From an uncultured Alphaproteobacteria bacterium (GTDB taxonomy: Bacteria; Pseudomonadota; Alphaproteobacteria; Rhizobiales; Rhodomicrobiaceae), in the NCBI GenBank assembly GCA_963721975.1, contig CAVRLF010000004.1:3033-67032 (forward strand): 64,000 bases of DNA, written 5' to 3'. Numbering within the stretch: position 1 is the first letter of the stretch; each line of letters starts with the position of its first letter. The notes under the pieces are model-generated. The model did not search any database. It had not been told where the DNA came from and saw only the letters and a program-made list of their open reading frames with translations. A program made the translations under genes and the position numbers. Shown piece by piece: positions 50,504 to 61,004 of the stretch.

Positions 50504-52337
50504 TTGACGGCGGTTTGGCGTCGATTATTCCTCGGGCTTCTCTTCGCTTTGGCTGGCGCGCTGCTCGCCACACAGGCCGACGCCTCGGAACGCCGTCACG
50601 GTCTTTCGGCGTTCGGCGAGCTGAAATATCCAGCCGATTTCAAGAATTTCGACTATGTGAACCCGGACGCGCCCAAGGGCGGCCGTCTGGCGACTATGCC
50701 GAGGAGTTCAATCAACACCTTCAACCATTTTAACGACTTCATCCTGCGCGGCGACCCGGCGGAGGGGGTCGGCTTCCTCTTCGAACTCGCTGATGGCGCG
50801 CGCTCAGGACGAGCCCGACGCGGTTTACGGGCTCATCGCGGAGTCCGCCGAGGTGGCGGACGACAAGATGTCTGTGACCTTCTATCTGAGACCGGAGGCC
50901 CGTTTCCGCGACGGGACGCCGGTGACGGCGTCGGATGTCGTATTTACGCTCGAAACGCTGAAACAGAAGGGCCATCCGCGCTATCAGATGGCTTTGCGCG
51001 ATGTGGCGAGCGCGGCGGCGATCGCCCCGCACACAGTCAAGTATCAGTTCAAGGGCGAAAACCTCCGCGACCTGCCGACGCTTGTCGCGACGTTGCCGGT
51101 GTTCTCGAAGGCGTATTATACCGCGAACGACTTCCTGAAAGAGAGCCTGGAGCCGCCGCTCGGCTCCGGCCCTTACGAGGTCGGCGATTTTCGCCAGGGA
51201 ACCTTCGTCACCTACAAGCGCCGCAAGGACTACTGGGCGGCGAACCTGCCGGTCAATCGCGGACGGTACAATTTCGATGAAATCCGCTTCGAGTATTACC
51301 GCGACCGGGCCGTCGGGCTGGAGGCGTTCAAGGCCAAGGCTTACGATCTGCGCGAGGAGTTCACGTCGAAAAGCTGGGCGACGGAATACGACTTTCCAGC
51401 GGAGCGCTCCGGGCAGGTCGTCAAGCTGACGCTGCCGGATGGCCGTCCTTCGGGAGCGCAGGGCTTTTTCCTGAATACGCGCCGCGAAGTGCTCAGCGAT
51501 CCTCGCGTGCGGAAAGCGCTCGACTACGGTTTCGATTTCGAGTGGACGAACAAGTCGTTGTTCTATGGTCTCTATACGCGCACCGCGAGCTATTTCGAGA
51601 ACTCGGATTTGAAAGCGCAAGGCGCGCCTAGCCCGGAAGAGCTTGCGCTCCTGGAGCCGTTCCGCGACAAGGTGCCGGCCGAGGTCTTCGGCGAGGCTTA
51701 CACGCCGCCTATCACGGACGGGTCAGGCCGCTATCGCCCGAGCGTGCGGGCGGCGTCGCAGCTTCTGGATGAGGCGGGATGGCGTCTGCAGGACGGCGTT
51801 CGCAAGAACGCCAAGGGCGAGCCTCTGGTTATCGAGTTTCTGATCGACGATCCTGTGACCGAGCGTATCGTCGGACCATATGCCGGGAAACTCTCGGATC
51901 TCGGGATCAAGGCCTCGCTTCGGCGCGTCGATGCGGCGGAAGAGCAGGAGCGGCTGAGACGTTACGAATACGATGTAGCCCAGCAACGTTTTTCTCTTTC
52001 GCCGACACCGGGACCGGAGGTGCGAGCCTATTGGAGCAGCGAAGCCGGCAAAGAGGACGGAAGCTATAACCTGTCCGGAATCGCGGACCCGGTCGTCGAT
52101 GCGCTCATCGATAAGATCCTGAACGCGAAGAACCGCGAAGAGCTGAAGACGGCATCCCGCGCCATCGACCGCGTGCTGCGCGCCGGGCATTACTGGGTGC
52201 CGCAATGGTATAAGCCGGTCCATCACATCGCGATGTGGGACAAGTACTCTCGCCCCGCGGCGCCGGCGGTCTATGACGACGGCGTCCTCGATACATGGTG
52301 GTACGACGCGAACAAGGCGGCGAAGCTGGGCGGTTGA
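50504..52337 (+). pseudogene. yejA: Second YejA-like peptide-binding protein, +1 frameshift near 50785 (possible sequencing error)
   Basis: Signal peptide and FDYVNPDAPKGG in frame 1, then LMARAQDEPDAVYGLIA onward in frame 2. Extra A in GAACTCG. Confidence 0.85.
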
Positions 52338-52389
52338 TGCGTTATGCAGATTTTGCCGCGCTCCCCAACACGCTCGCGGCCCCGCTGTT

Positions 52390-52438
52390 CAGACACGGGA
52401 CCGTAATGCGCGCCTCCACTTGTAAGGTCCCGTGTCTG
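52390..52438. repeat. 13-bp perfect inverted repeat (REP-like)
   Basis: CAGACACGGGACC (52390-52402) / GGTCCCGTGTCTG (52426-52438). Confidence 0.7.
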
Positions 52439-52662
52439 CGTAGCGTCATTTCGCACCGCAACGCGCACGGGACGACGCGGCGGATAACATTTCCGATGTG
52501 TAACTGGCTTTCGCGCCATCATCGCTTAAGTCTGTCCTCATCCGGCGGCCTTCGCGGGGCCGGATTTCAGATATTTACCATAATCGGAGGCTCGCCTGAC
52601 GGCGGCCACAAAACCGCAGATGTTGTTCCTTAAGCGAGTGCGCTCTAGCGAAACCGAGAGAC

Positions 52663-53769
52663 ATGACCGCGTATATCATCCGACGCCTGGCCCTGATGAT
52701 CCCGACGCTGTTTGGCATCATGCTGATCAGCTTCATGATCATCCAGTTCGCGCCGGGCGGCCCTGTTGAACGCATCATCGCGCAGCTCAATGGCACGAAT
52801 GTCGATGCAACCTCGCGCATTGGCGGCTCGACGACGGGCGACTTCTCGCGCGTAACGCAGCCTGGGCGCAATTCGGGCGTCGGCTCACGCTATCGCGGCG
52901 CGCGCGGGCTTGACCCGGAGCTCATCAAGAGCCTCGAAAAACAGTTCGGCTTCGATAAGCCCCCCGTCGAGCGCTTCTTCCTGATGATGAAGAACTATCT
53001 GACCTTCAATTTCGGCCAGAGTTATTTCCGCGATGTCAGCGTGCTGCAGCTCATCAAGGAGAAGCTGCCGGTATCGGTCTCGCTCGGCCTCTGGCTGACC
53101 CTCCTCACCTACACGATTTCCGTGCCGCTTGGCGTGCGCAAGGCCGTGATGGACGGCTCGAAGTTCGACATCTGGACAAGCACGGTCATCATTATCGGAT
53201 ACGCCATCCCGAGCTTCCTGTTCGCGATTTTCCTGATCGTGATCTTTGCAGGCGGCTCGTTCCTAGATTGGTTCCCCTTGCGAGGACTCGTCTCGGATAA
53301 TTTCGATAAGCTGAGCTGGCCGGACAAAATCGTGGACTATTTTTGGCATCTGGCGCTGCCCGTCGCCGCGATGGTGATTTCATCGCTCGCGACGGTCACC
53401 TTTCTAACGAAAAACTGCTTCCTCGACGAAATCCGTAAACAGTATGTCATGACGGCGCGCGCCAAGGGTTTGAGCGAGCGCCGCGTTCTCTACGGGCACG
53501 TCTTCCGCAACGCCATGCTGCTGGTGATTTCGGGCTTCCCGGCAGCTTTCATCGGCGCCTTCTTCACGAACGCGCTCCTGATCGAGACGATCTTCTCGCT
53601 CGACGGTTTGGGCCGCCTGTCCTTCGAATCCGTACTGAACCGCGATTACGCCGTGGTGTTCGCTACGCTCTACATCTTCTCGGCCATGGGCCTTTTGCTC
53701 AATCTTATGTCGGACCTCATTTACACATGGGTCGATCCGCGCATCGATTTCGAGACAAGAGAGGTCTGA
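52663..53769 (+). CDS. yejB: ABC permease YejB
   Basis: [21 protein letters not shown]-like [29 protein letters not shown]. Confidence 0.93.
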   Translation: MTAYIIRRLALMIPTLFGIMLISFMIIQFAPGGPVERIIAQLNGTNVDATSRIGGSTTGDFSRVTQPGRNSGVGSRYRGARGLDPELIKSLEKQFGFDKPPVERFFLMMKNYLTFNFGQSYFRDVSVLQLIKEKLPVSVSLGLWLTLLTYTISVPLGVRKAVMDGSKFDIWTSTVIIIGYAIPSFLFAIFLIVIFAGGSFLDWFPLRGLVSDNFDKLSWPDKIVDYFWHLALPVAAMVISSLATVTFLTKNCFLDEIRKQYVMTARAKGLSERRVLYGHVFRNAMLLVISGFPAAFIGAFFTNALLIETIFSLDGLGRLSFESVLNRDYAVVFATLYIFSAMGLLLNLMSDLIYTWVDPRIDFETREV

Positions 53770-53801
53770 GGATGGCGCTGAACGCTTATAGGATCAAAGG
53801 C

Positions 53802-53889
53802 TGCCCTCCTTACCTTGCGGGAGAGGGAACGCCGTTGCAACGCCTTCTGCCTAACTCCCTCCCCTGTGGTGAGAGGGTTGGGGTGAGGG
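53802..53889. repeat. REP-like element between yejB and yejE
   Basis: GGGAGAGGGAACGCCGTTGCAACG..CTCCCTCCCC..GAGAGGGTTGGGGTGAGGG, similar to 50330-50490. Confidence 0.7.
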
Positions 53890-53960
53890 AGTGCAAGCCA
53901 GGAGGCGCGGCAGTCGCTCGAAACAACGCCTTCCTCTATTGCGTGCTGGAGGTCTGACGG

Positions 53961-55091
53961 ATGGACGCGAGAGTCGAAAGAACCACAGCTCCCGGCGAGG
54001 TTCTCGACCGGGCTGTTACGCCGCTCCCGGATCGCGGCTGGTTCGAGCTTTCGCCGCTCAACAAGCGGCGGTTGCGCGCGTTCAAGGCCAACAGGCGCGG
54101 CTATTACAGCTTCATCCTCTTCACGGCGCTCTTTTTCATCACGCTGGCGGCGGAATTCATCGCGAACGACAAGCCGTTCCTCGTGAAATATGACGGCGCG
54201 TATTACACGCCGATCTTTAAGATGTACACCGAGAGGCAATTCGGCGGCGAATTCGAGACCGAAGCCGATTATCGCGATCCCGAGGTGCAGCGCCTGATCC
54301 ACGAGAAGGGCGGCTGGATGGTGTGGCCCCTCATCCCCTACAGCTACCGAACCATCAAGCTTGACCTGCCCGTGCCCGCGCCCGCACCGCCCTCGCTGGA
54401 CAATTGGCTCGGGACCGACGACCAGGGCCGCGACGTGGTTGCGCGCGTGATTTACGGGTTTCGTATTTCGGTGCTTTTCGGTTTGATCCTGACCTTTTTC
54501 TCCGCGCTGATCGGCGTAACGGCCGGCGCCGTGCAAGGCTTTTTCGGCGGCTGGACCGATCTTATTTTTCAGCGCTTCATTGAAATCTTAAGATCGCTGC
54601 CGGAACTCTACCTGCTTCTGATCCTGTCCGCCATGATCTCGCCGAGCTTCTGGCTGCTGTTGGCCATCCTGCTTTTCTTCGAATGGACCGCGTTTGTCGG
54701 GCCGGTGCGCGCCGAATTTCTGCGTGGCCGCAATTTCGAATATGTGCGTGCCGCGCGCGCTCTTGGGCTTTCCAATACGCAGATCATGTTCAAGCACCTC
54801 CTGCCGAATGCAATGGTCGCGACAGTAACGTTCGCACCCTTCATCCTGAGCGGCGCCATAACCGCGCTGACAGCGCTCGACTATCTGGGCTTCGGCCTGC
54901 CGCCGGGCTCGCCGTCGCTCGGCGAACTCCTCCAGCAGGGCAAGCAGAACCTGCAGGCGCCATGGTTGGGGCTGACAGCGTTCTTTGTCATCGCGCTCAT
55001 GCTGAGCCTCTTGGTTTTCGTCGGCGAGGCGGTTCGCGACGCGCTCGATCCGCGAAAGACCATGGCCGCTCCTCAAGTTGTTGTGGGCTGA
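53961..55091 (+). CDS. yejE: ABC permease YejE
   Basis: FKANRRGYYS, LGTDDQGRDV, LPPGSPSLGELL, DALDPRK. Confidence 0.93.
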   Translation: MDARVERTTAPGEVLDRAVTPLPDRGWFELSPLNKRRLRAFKANRRGYYSFILFTALFFITLAAEFIANDKPFLVKYDGAYYTPIFKMYTERQFGGEFETEADYRDPEVQRLIHEKGGWMVWPLIPYSYRTIKLDLPVPAPAPPSLDNWLGTDDQGRDVVARVIYGFRISVLFGLILTFFSALIGVTAGAVQGFFGGWTDLIFQRFIEILRSLPELYLLLILSAMISPSFWLLLAILLFFEWTAFVGPVRAEFLRGRNFEYVRAARALGLSNTQIMFKHLLPNAMVATVTFAPFILSGAITALTALDYLGFGLPPGSPSLGELLQQGKQNLQAPWLGLTAFFVIALMLSLLVFVGEAVRDALDPRKTMAAPQVVVG

Positions 55092-55095
55092 TCGC

Positions 55096-56742
55096 ATGAT
55101 GGAAGCACTTCAAACGCAATCGCCGCCGCTGATCGAAGTCCGCGATCTCAGCGTCAGATTCGCAAGCGCGGAGCCGGGCGTTTACGCCGCGCGCAACGTA
55201 TCCTTCGACATCAGGAAAGGCGAAACCGTCGCTCTTGTGGGCGAATCCGGCTCAGGGAAAACCGTGTGCGCGCTGTCGATCATGCGTCTCTTGCCCTATC
55301 CGTCCGCGTCCCATCCCAGCGGCGAAATCCTCTTTGAGGGGAAGGATCTGCTTCATGTGAAGGAATCCGAAATCCGGCGCGTGCGCGGCAACCGGATCTC
55401 GATCATCTTCCAGGAGCCGATGACATCGCTGAACCCGCTTCACACGGTCGAGAAGCAGGTCAGCGAAGTTTTGAAGATCCACCACGGCATGTCGAACTCG
55501 GCCGCCCGCAAGCGCACGCTGGAGCTTCTGACCAAGGTCGGCATCCGCGATCCGGAGACGAGGCTTTCCGCCTATCCGCACCAGCTCTCAGGCGGACAGC
55601 GCCAGCGCGTCATGATCGCTATGGCGCTCGCGAACGAGCCCGATCTCCTCATCGCCGACGAACCCACAACCGCGCTCGACGTGACCATCCAGGCGCAAAT
55701 CCTCGATCTCCTGAAAGACCTTCAGCGCGAACTCGGCATGGCCCTTCTTCTCATCACGCACGACCTCGGCATCGTGCGCAAGATGGCCGACCGCACCTGC
55801 GTCATGAAGGATGGCGAGATCGTGGAGCGGGGGCCGGCGGAGGAAATCTTCGCGGCTCCAAAACACCCCTATACGAAGCGGCTTCTGGAAGCGGAGCCCA
55901 AGGGGCAGCGCGCCCGGATGGACGAAACCGCGCCGGTCGTCCTCGAAGCAGGCAACCTGAAAGTCTGGTTCCCGATCAGGCAGGGCATGCTGCGCAAAAC
56001 CGTGGATCACATCAAGGCGGTCGACGGCGTGTCCTTCAAGCTCAGAAGCGGCCAGACGCTCGGCATCGTCGGCGAATCCGGCTCCGGCAAGACGACGCTC
56101 GGCCTCGCGATCCTTCGCCTCATCTCAAGCGACGGGCCGATCGCCTATGTGGGCAAGCGCATCGACGGACTCAGATCGAACGAGATGCGGCCGCTCCGCA
56201 AGGAAATGCAGGTTGTCTTCCAGGATCCTTACGGCTCGCTCAGCCCGAGGTTGTCGGTCGGCCAGATCATCGAGGAAGGCCTTCTGATCCAGAGCGCGGA
56301 CCTTTCCCGCGCCGACCGCCGCGAGCGGGTCTCCGCCTCGCTTGCCGAAGTGGGGTTGAAGCCCGAGTGGCAGGACCGCTATCCGCACGAATTCTCCGGC
56401 GGCCAACGCCAGCGCATCGCCATCGCGCGGGCGATAATCCTGCAACCGCATTTCCTCATGCTCGACGAACCGACAAGCGCGCTCGACGTTTCTGTGCAGG
56501 CGCAGATCGTCGACCTCCTGCGCGACCTGCAACAGAAGCGCGGTCTCGCCTATCTCTTCATCAGCCACGACCTCAAGGTCATGCGCGCGCTCGCCAGCTA
56601 TGTAATCGTGATGCGCAACGGCAAAGCCGTCGAGGAAGGGCCGACCGCCGAGATCTTCGAAAATCCGCAAACGGATTATACGAAGGCGCTCATCGCCGCC
56701 GCCCTCGACCACCGGACGCTCGCGGCGCCGCAAGCCGCCTGA
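55096..56742 (+). CDS. yejF: Double ABC ATPase YejF
   Basis: Two Walker A motifs (GESGSGKT), two [16 protein letters not shown] signatures, DEPT. Confidence 0.92.
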   Translation: MMEALQTQSPPLIEVRDLSVRFASAEPGVYAARNVSFDIRKGETVALVGESGSGKTVCALSIMRLLPYPSASHPSGEILFEGKDLLHVKESEIRRVRGNRISIIFQEPMTSLNPLHTVEKQVSEVLKIHHGMSNSAARKRTLELLTKVGIRDPETRLSAYPHQLSGGQRQRVMIAMALANEPDLLIADEPTTALDVTIQAQILDLLKDLQRELGMALLLITHDLGIVRKMADRTCVMKDGEIVERGPAEEIFAAPKHPYTKRLLEAEPKGQRARMDETAPVVLEAGNLKVWFPIRQGMLRKTVDHIKAVDGVSFKLRSGQTLGIVGESGSGKTTLGLAILRLISSDGPIAYVGKRIDGLRSNEMRPLRKEMQVVFQDPYGSLSPRLSVGQIIEEGLLIQSADLSRADRRERVSASLAEVGLKPEWQDRYPHEFSGGQRQRIAIARAIILQPHFLMLDEPTSALDVSVQAQIVDLLRDLQQKRGLAYLFISHDLKVMRALASYVIVMRNGKAVEEGPTAEIFENPQTDYTKALIAAALDHRTLAAPQAA

Positions 56743-57097
56743 ACCCCCGCCATCTGGCGAAATGGGTTGACGATCGGCCGAGTGGATCGATGAGGGAGCC
56801 GCAGTTGGCTCCGTTTGCGCAGTTGTCGCCGTGTGAAAACTTTGACAATTCCGGCGGTGCTTTCGCACACAATGCCAGCTTGGCTGCACAACCTCTCGAA
56901 TAAAAACCTGACAAGTCTGATTTCAGCGAGATGCATGGTCATGGCTTCGATATTGACAGTCGGCAGCGCCAAGGCGGCGCCGACGCCCCGGGCCAGGCAG
57001 ACCGCGTCGGCTAGCGATGTCGAATGAGCTAGCGCTGCGAGTGCTGACGGCGGCGGCAGGGGGGAGACTATTGGCGGCGCCCCTTCGCTTTCAAAAT

Positions 57098-57111
57098 TTG
57101 ATAACGATCAA
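57098..57111. promoter_or_regulatory. FNR/FixK-type binding box upstream of the hydrogenase operon
   Basis: Perfect TTGAT-AACG-ATCAA, 45-60 nt upstream of the maturation protease start. Confidence 0.8.
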
Positions 57112-57155
57112 AAAACATCTCATTTATTATAATACGAATATTAGCATATGGTGAT

Positions 57156-57638
57156 TTGTCGGCGGCGAAAATGATTCTCGTGCTGGGCATCGGCAACCGG
57201 CTTCGAAGCGACGATGGCGCAGGCGCCGCCGTAATCGATAAACTCGCACATGATCCCGCCCTGCATTCCCGCGCGATATTCCAGGATGGCGGCGTCATTG
57301 GTCTGGCTCTGCTCCCAGCAATCGAGGATGCATCCGGCTTCATCGCCATCGACGCGGCCCAACTCGACGCGACGCCCGGAACGGTCCGCGTTTTCGAAGG
57401 CGAAGCGATGGACGCGAAGCTCGCCGGCGGCAAACGCACCGCTCACGAAGTCTCTGTCTTGAGCCTGCTTTCCGCCGTCGCCCTGTCGGGAACCCTCCCC
57501 AGGCGACGTGCTCTGGTCGCCATCCAGCCCGCCACGATCGGATGGGGCGCAAGCCTGTCGCCCGCAGTCGCCGCCGCACTCCCCGCGGCTTGCGAAGCCG
57601 TTTCCGCTCTTCTTGCTTCGTGGGAGGCAGAGCCATGA
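57156..57638 (+). CDS. hupD: Hydrogenase maturation protease (HupD/HynD family)
   Basis: VLGIGNRLRSDDGAG, DGGVIGL, IDAA, TAHEV, IQP. Confidence 0.88.
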   Translation: MSAAKMILVLGIGNRLRSDDGAGAAVIDKLAHDPALHSRAIFQDGGVIGLALLPAIEDASGFIAIDAAQLDATPGTVRVFEGEAMDAKLAGGKRTAHEVSVLSLLSAVALSGTLPRRRALVAIQPATIGWGASLSPAVAAALPAACEAVSALLASWEAEP

Positions 57639-57682
57639 CGGCGGTTCAGCACAATGCCAAGCAAAATTTGCCGGACGCGCAT

Positions 57683-57785
57683 CGTCGTCGTCCCGGAAAG
57701 GCAAAGCCTTATCCGGGAGCGCCACATATCGAAGCGCCTATCTTTTTTGCGATCCCGGCAAGCGCGTCGTTTGGCCGGGATGGCG
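57683..57785. repeat. RIME/REP-like palindromic element inside the hydrogenase operon
   Basis: GTCGTCCCGGAAAGGCAAAGCCTTATCCGGGA ... GATCCCGGCAAGCG..GCCGGGATGGCG hairpins. Confidence 0.55.
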
Positions 57786-57852
57786 ATGCGTTGGCGAAAT
57801 CTACACCTTGCGCTCAAGGAGTGCGGAGCGCCAACAAACGAGGAGTTTCGCA

Positions 57853-59034
57853 ATGCCAGACAGCCGAACACTCGGTGAGCTCTTGATCGAGCGTGGCGTC
57901 TCGCGGCGCGCGCTCCTGAAATACTCGACCTATCTTGCGATGCTGCTGGCGCTGCCGCCGGGATCCGCCGACGCCATGGCGGAGGGGCTGGCCAAGGCGC
58001 GGCGGCAAGCCGTGATCTGGCTCTCCTTCCAGGAATGCACGGGCTGCACCGAGTCGCTCACGCGCGCCTTCAGCCCCACGCTCGAAGACCTAATCTTCAA
58101 TTTCATCTCGCTCGATTACCACCATACCTTGATGGCCGCGTCGGGCGAGGCGGCTGAAAATGCGCGCCTTCAGTCCATGGCGGAGAACAAGGGCAAATAC
58201 ATCCTCGTCGTGGACGGCTCTGTGCCGACGAAGCACGGCGGCGCCTATTCCACCATCGCGGGCCGCAGCAATCTGCAAACGCTGCAAGAAACCGCGAAGG
58301 ATGCGTTCGCCATCATCTCGGTTGGAACCTGCGCGGCGTTCGGCGGGCTTCCGCAGGCGGCGCCCAATCCAACCGGCGCGGTCGCGATTTCGGAGATCGT
58401 GAAAGACAAGCCCATCGTCAACATCCCAGGCTGCCCACCGCTTCCGGAAGCCATGACGGGCACCGTGGCGCATCTCTTGTCCTTTGGGAAGCTGCCGGAA
58501 CTCGACGCGCTGAACCGGCCCAAGGCCTTTTTCGGCGAGACCATCCACGACCGCTGCTACCGCCGGCCCTTCTATCAGCGCGGGCTATTCGCGAAGAGTT
58601 TCGACGACGAGGGCGCGCGCAAAGGCTGGTGCCTCTACGAGCTGGGGTGCAAAGGACCGATCGCCTACAACGCTTGCGCCATTCTCAAATGGAATGCTGG
58701 CGCTTCGTTCCCGATTCAGTCGGGCCATGGCTGCCTTGGCTGCTCCGAACCCAATTTCTGGGACAAGGGCGGCTTTTATCGTCCGCTGCCCGCTCCGGTC
58801 GCGAGCATAGGCGGCTCTTCGGCGGCGGCTGCCGCGGGAGGCGCTCTGCTTGGCGCAGGCGCGGCGGCGCTCGCTCGCGAGCAGCAGAAAGCCTGCAAGC
58901 CGGCGCCCTCAGGCAGTGCAGAGCCCGTTAGCGCAGGTGCCTCGCCCCCAAGCAGCAAAGAGCCCGCCAGCGCAAACGGCTCGCACTCATCCAGCCCGGA
59001 TGGCGGCGGCGCAAACAAGCCAGAGGAGGCTTGA
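57853..59034 (+). CDS. hynS: [NiFe]-hydrogenase small subunit (Tat-exported)
   Basis: SRRALLK Tat motif, ECTGCTES, GTCAAFGG, PGCPP, IHDRCYRR, GCKGP, CLGCSE. Confidence 0.93.
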   Translation: MPDSRTLGELLIERGVSRRALLKYSTYLAMLLALPPGSADAMAEGLAKARRQAVIWLSFQECTGCTESLTRAFSPTLEDLIFNFISLDYHHTLMAASGEAAENARLQSMAENKGKYILVVDGSVPTKHGGAYSTIAGRSNLQTLQETAKDAFAIISVGTCAAFGGLPQAAPNPTGAVAISEIVKDKPIVNIPGCPPLPEAMTGTVAHLLSFGKLPELDALNRPKAFFGETIHDRCYRRPFYQRGLFAKSFDDEGARKGWCLYELGCKGPIAYNACAILKWNAGASFPIQSGHGCLGCSEPNFWDKGGFYRPLPAPVASIGGSSAAAAAGGALLGAGAAALAREQQKACKPAPSGSAEPVSAGASPPSSKEPASANGSHSSSPDGGGANKPEEA

Positions 59035-59037
59035 GCC

Positions 59038-59697
59038 ATGGACCTTCTTGAGTTTTCACGTGGGCCGGCGCTTCAGGTCTCGCTTGCGATTTTCGTATTC
59101 GGCGTGAGTTGGCGGCTGGTTGGCCTTTTCCTGCTGCCGTTGCGCGTGGATCATTCGGCGCCGCGCAAAGGCGCGCCATCGGCGTGGATGTCCGTGCTGC
59201 TCGCCAATGTGCGCAAGCAATGGCCGCACAAGACCTTCATCCGCGCCTCCGTCTTTCAATTCGTCAACGGCTATGTGTTCCATGTGGGCCTTGCGATCGT
59301 GGCGTTCCTGTATGTGCCGCATATTCTCTTCATCAAGAGCTTGTTCGGCGTGAGTTGGCCTGGCCTGCCGTCGAACCTCGTCACTGCGGTTGGCGCGATC
59401 ACGGCCTTCTCGATCGTTGCAGGACTCGTGCACCGGCTGACCAACCCCGTGCTGCAGCTCATCTCGCGGACCGACGACTACATAAGCTGGCTGCTGACGC
59501 TGCTTCCGGTGCTGACGGGCCTCCTCGCTGTCATCCAGATTGGCGCGCGTTATGAAACGCTGCTCGCGCTCCACATCCTCAGCGTCTGCGTGTTCCTGAT
59601 CTGGTTTCCGTTCGGCAAGCTCATGCACGCCTTCCTGTTCTTCTTCGCCAGAGGCGCCACGGGCATCCGGTTCAAACACAGGGGGGCCGATCTATGA
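59038..59697 (+). CDS. isp1: Isp1-type membrane cytochrome b (NarI-like)
   Basis: Multiple TM helices, YVFHVG, LALHILS, FPFGKLMH. Lies between S and L genes. Confidence 0.8.
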   Translation: MDLLEFSRGPALQVSLAIFVFGVSWRLVGLFLLPLRVDHSAPRKGAPSAWMSVLLANVRKQWPHKTFIRASVFQFVNGYVFHVGLAIVAFLYVPHILFIKSLFGVSWPGLPSNLVTAVGAITAFSIVAGLVHRLTNPVLQLISRTDDYISWLLTLLPVLTGLLAVIQIGARYETLLALHILSVCVFLIWFPFGKLMHAFLFFFARGATGIRFKHRGADL

Positions 59698-61004
59698 CCG
59701 CGCGTGTCACCGCTTCGGGCGTTTCCGTTGAGATTCAAGGCGATCTGCCCGAGAAGGAACGCCTCTCCCGAGCCATGCAGACCTTCCTGCAAGAGTTCGG
59801 CGCCACGGCTGCGATGCACATGGAAGCTTGCGTGCGCTGCGGCGTCTGCGCCCATGCCTGCCACTTCTACATCAGCACGCAGGACCCGAAATATACGCCG
59901 GTCCATAAGCTCAGGCCCTTCGAGCAGGCCTATCACCGGCATTTCGGGCCGTTCGCGCCGCTCTACCGGTTCTTCGGCATCGCGCCCAGCGTGACGATCG
60001 AAGAGCTGGAGGAATGGCAGCAGCTTCTCTACGATTCCTGCAACATGTGCGGGCGCTGCACGCTGGCTTGCCCAATGGGCATCGACATCGCCGAGCTTGT
60101 GAAAGAGGCGCGGCACGGCATGTATGCCGCCGGCCTCGTTCCCGACCGGCTGGAGCTGATGGACCGCACCACCAAGAAATGGGGCAGTCCGGCAACGCCG
60201 GCGGAAGACTTCGCCGATATCCTCAACGACGCGGCCGAGGAGCATGGCGTCAAGATCAATGTCGATCTGCCGAAGGCCGATATCCTCGTCACCGTGGCGC
60301 CCGCCGAGCTGACCGAGCACACCAAGGCGCTCGCCGATATCGCCAGGATCCTGAACCGGATGCGCGTCAGCTGGACCTACAGCTCCAAGGGCTTCGAAGC
60401 CTCGAACATCGGCTTCATCAACGGCGACGTCGAACTGCAGGAGAAGATGACGCGGCAGATCATCTACACCGCCATCGAGATCGGCGCGCACACGCTGCTT
60501 TTGCCGGAATGCGGCCATGCCTATGGCGCGGCACGCTGGGAGGCTCCGCGCTGGTATGGCTATCAGCCGCCCGTGCGCATCATTCACATGATGGAGTTTT
60601 TGGCGGAATCCCTCGCCGTCGGCGCCATCAAGGTGAAGAAAATCGGCTCCACGGCCGCGTTCCACGACCCCTGCCAGGTTATTCGCAGAGGCGGGCTGAA
60701 AGAACAGCCGCGCGATGTGCTCCGCGCGCTGGGCTTCAAAATCAAGGAGTTGGCGGATCATGGCCCGCTCGCCTTTTGCTGTGGAGGCGGCGGCGGCGTG
60801 GTCTCCTGCACGCGCGCCGACCCGTTGCGCAACCGGGCTTTCGAGATCAAGAAACGGCAGGTTGAGGATGCGGGCGCGGCGCATTTCGTGACGGGCTGCG
60901 GGCAATGCCGGATCACGCTCGCCAAGGGTGCTGCTCATTTCAAATGGGACAAACACGTCGAGAGCCTGCTCGAACTCATGGCTGACAATCTGGAGGGTGA
61001 ATAA
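59694..61004 (+). CDS. isp2: Isp2-type HdrD-like Fe-S protein
   Basis: CVRCGVCAHAC and CNMCGRCTLACP ferredoxin motifs, ECGH, HDPCQ, CCGGGGG (CCG domains). Confidence 0.85.
   Translation: MTARVTASGVSVEIQGDLPEKERLSRAMQTFLQEFGATAAMHMEACVRCGVCAHACHFYISTQDPKYTPVHKLRPFEQAYHRHFGPFAPLYRFFGIAPSVTIEELEEWQQLLYDSCNMCGRCTLACPMGIDIAELVKEARHGMYAAGLVPDRLELMDRTTKKWGSPATPAEDFADILNDAAEEHGVKINVDLPKADILVTVAPAELTEHTKALADIARILNRMRVSWTYSSKGFEASNIGFINGDVELQEKMTRQIIYTAIEIGAHTLLLPECGHAYGAARWEAPRWYGYQPPVRIIHMMEFLAESLAVGAIKVKKIGSTAAFHDPCQVIRRGGLKEQPRDVLRALGFKIKELADHGPLAFCCGGGGGVVSCTRADPLRNRAFEIKKRQVEDAGAAHFVTGCGQCRITLAKGAAHFKWDKHVESLLELMADNLEGE

Noticed and set aside
16434-52337. Frameshifts in hemerythrin, APH and the second yejA as programmed frameshifting or genome decay
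   Set aside because: Each is a single extra base in or beside a short homopolymer, with no slippery heptamer or other decay. Long-read insertion error is the simpler explanation; raw reads are needed.
57508-57852. Long N-terminal extension of HynS, or an extra ORF (57635-57886) between protease and HynS
   Set aside because: The region is occupied by a REP/RIME-like palindrome. The GAGGAG RBS and Tat motif place the HynS start at 57853.
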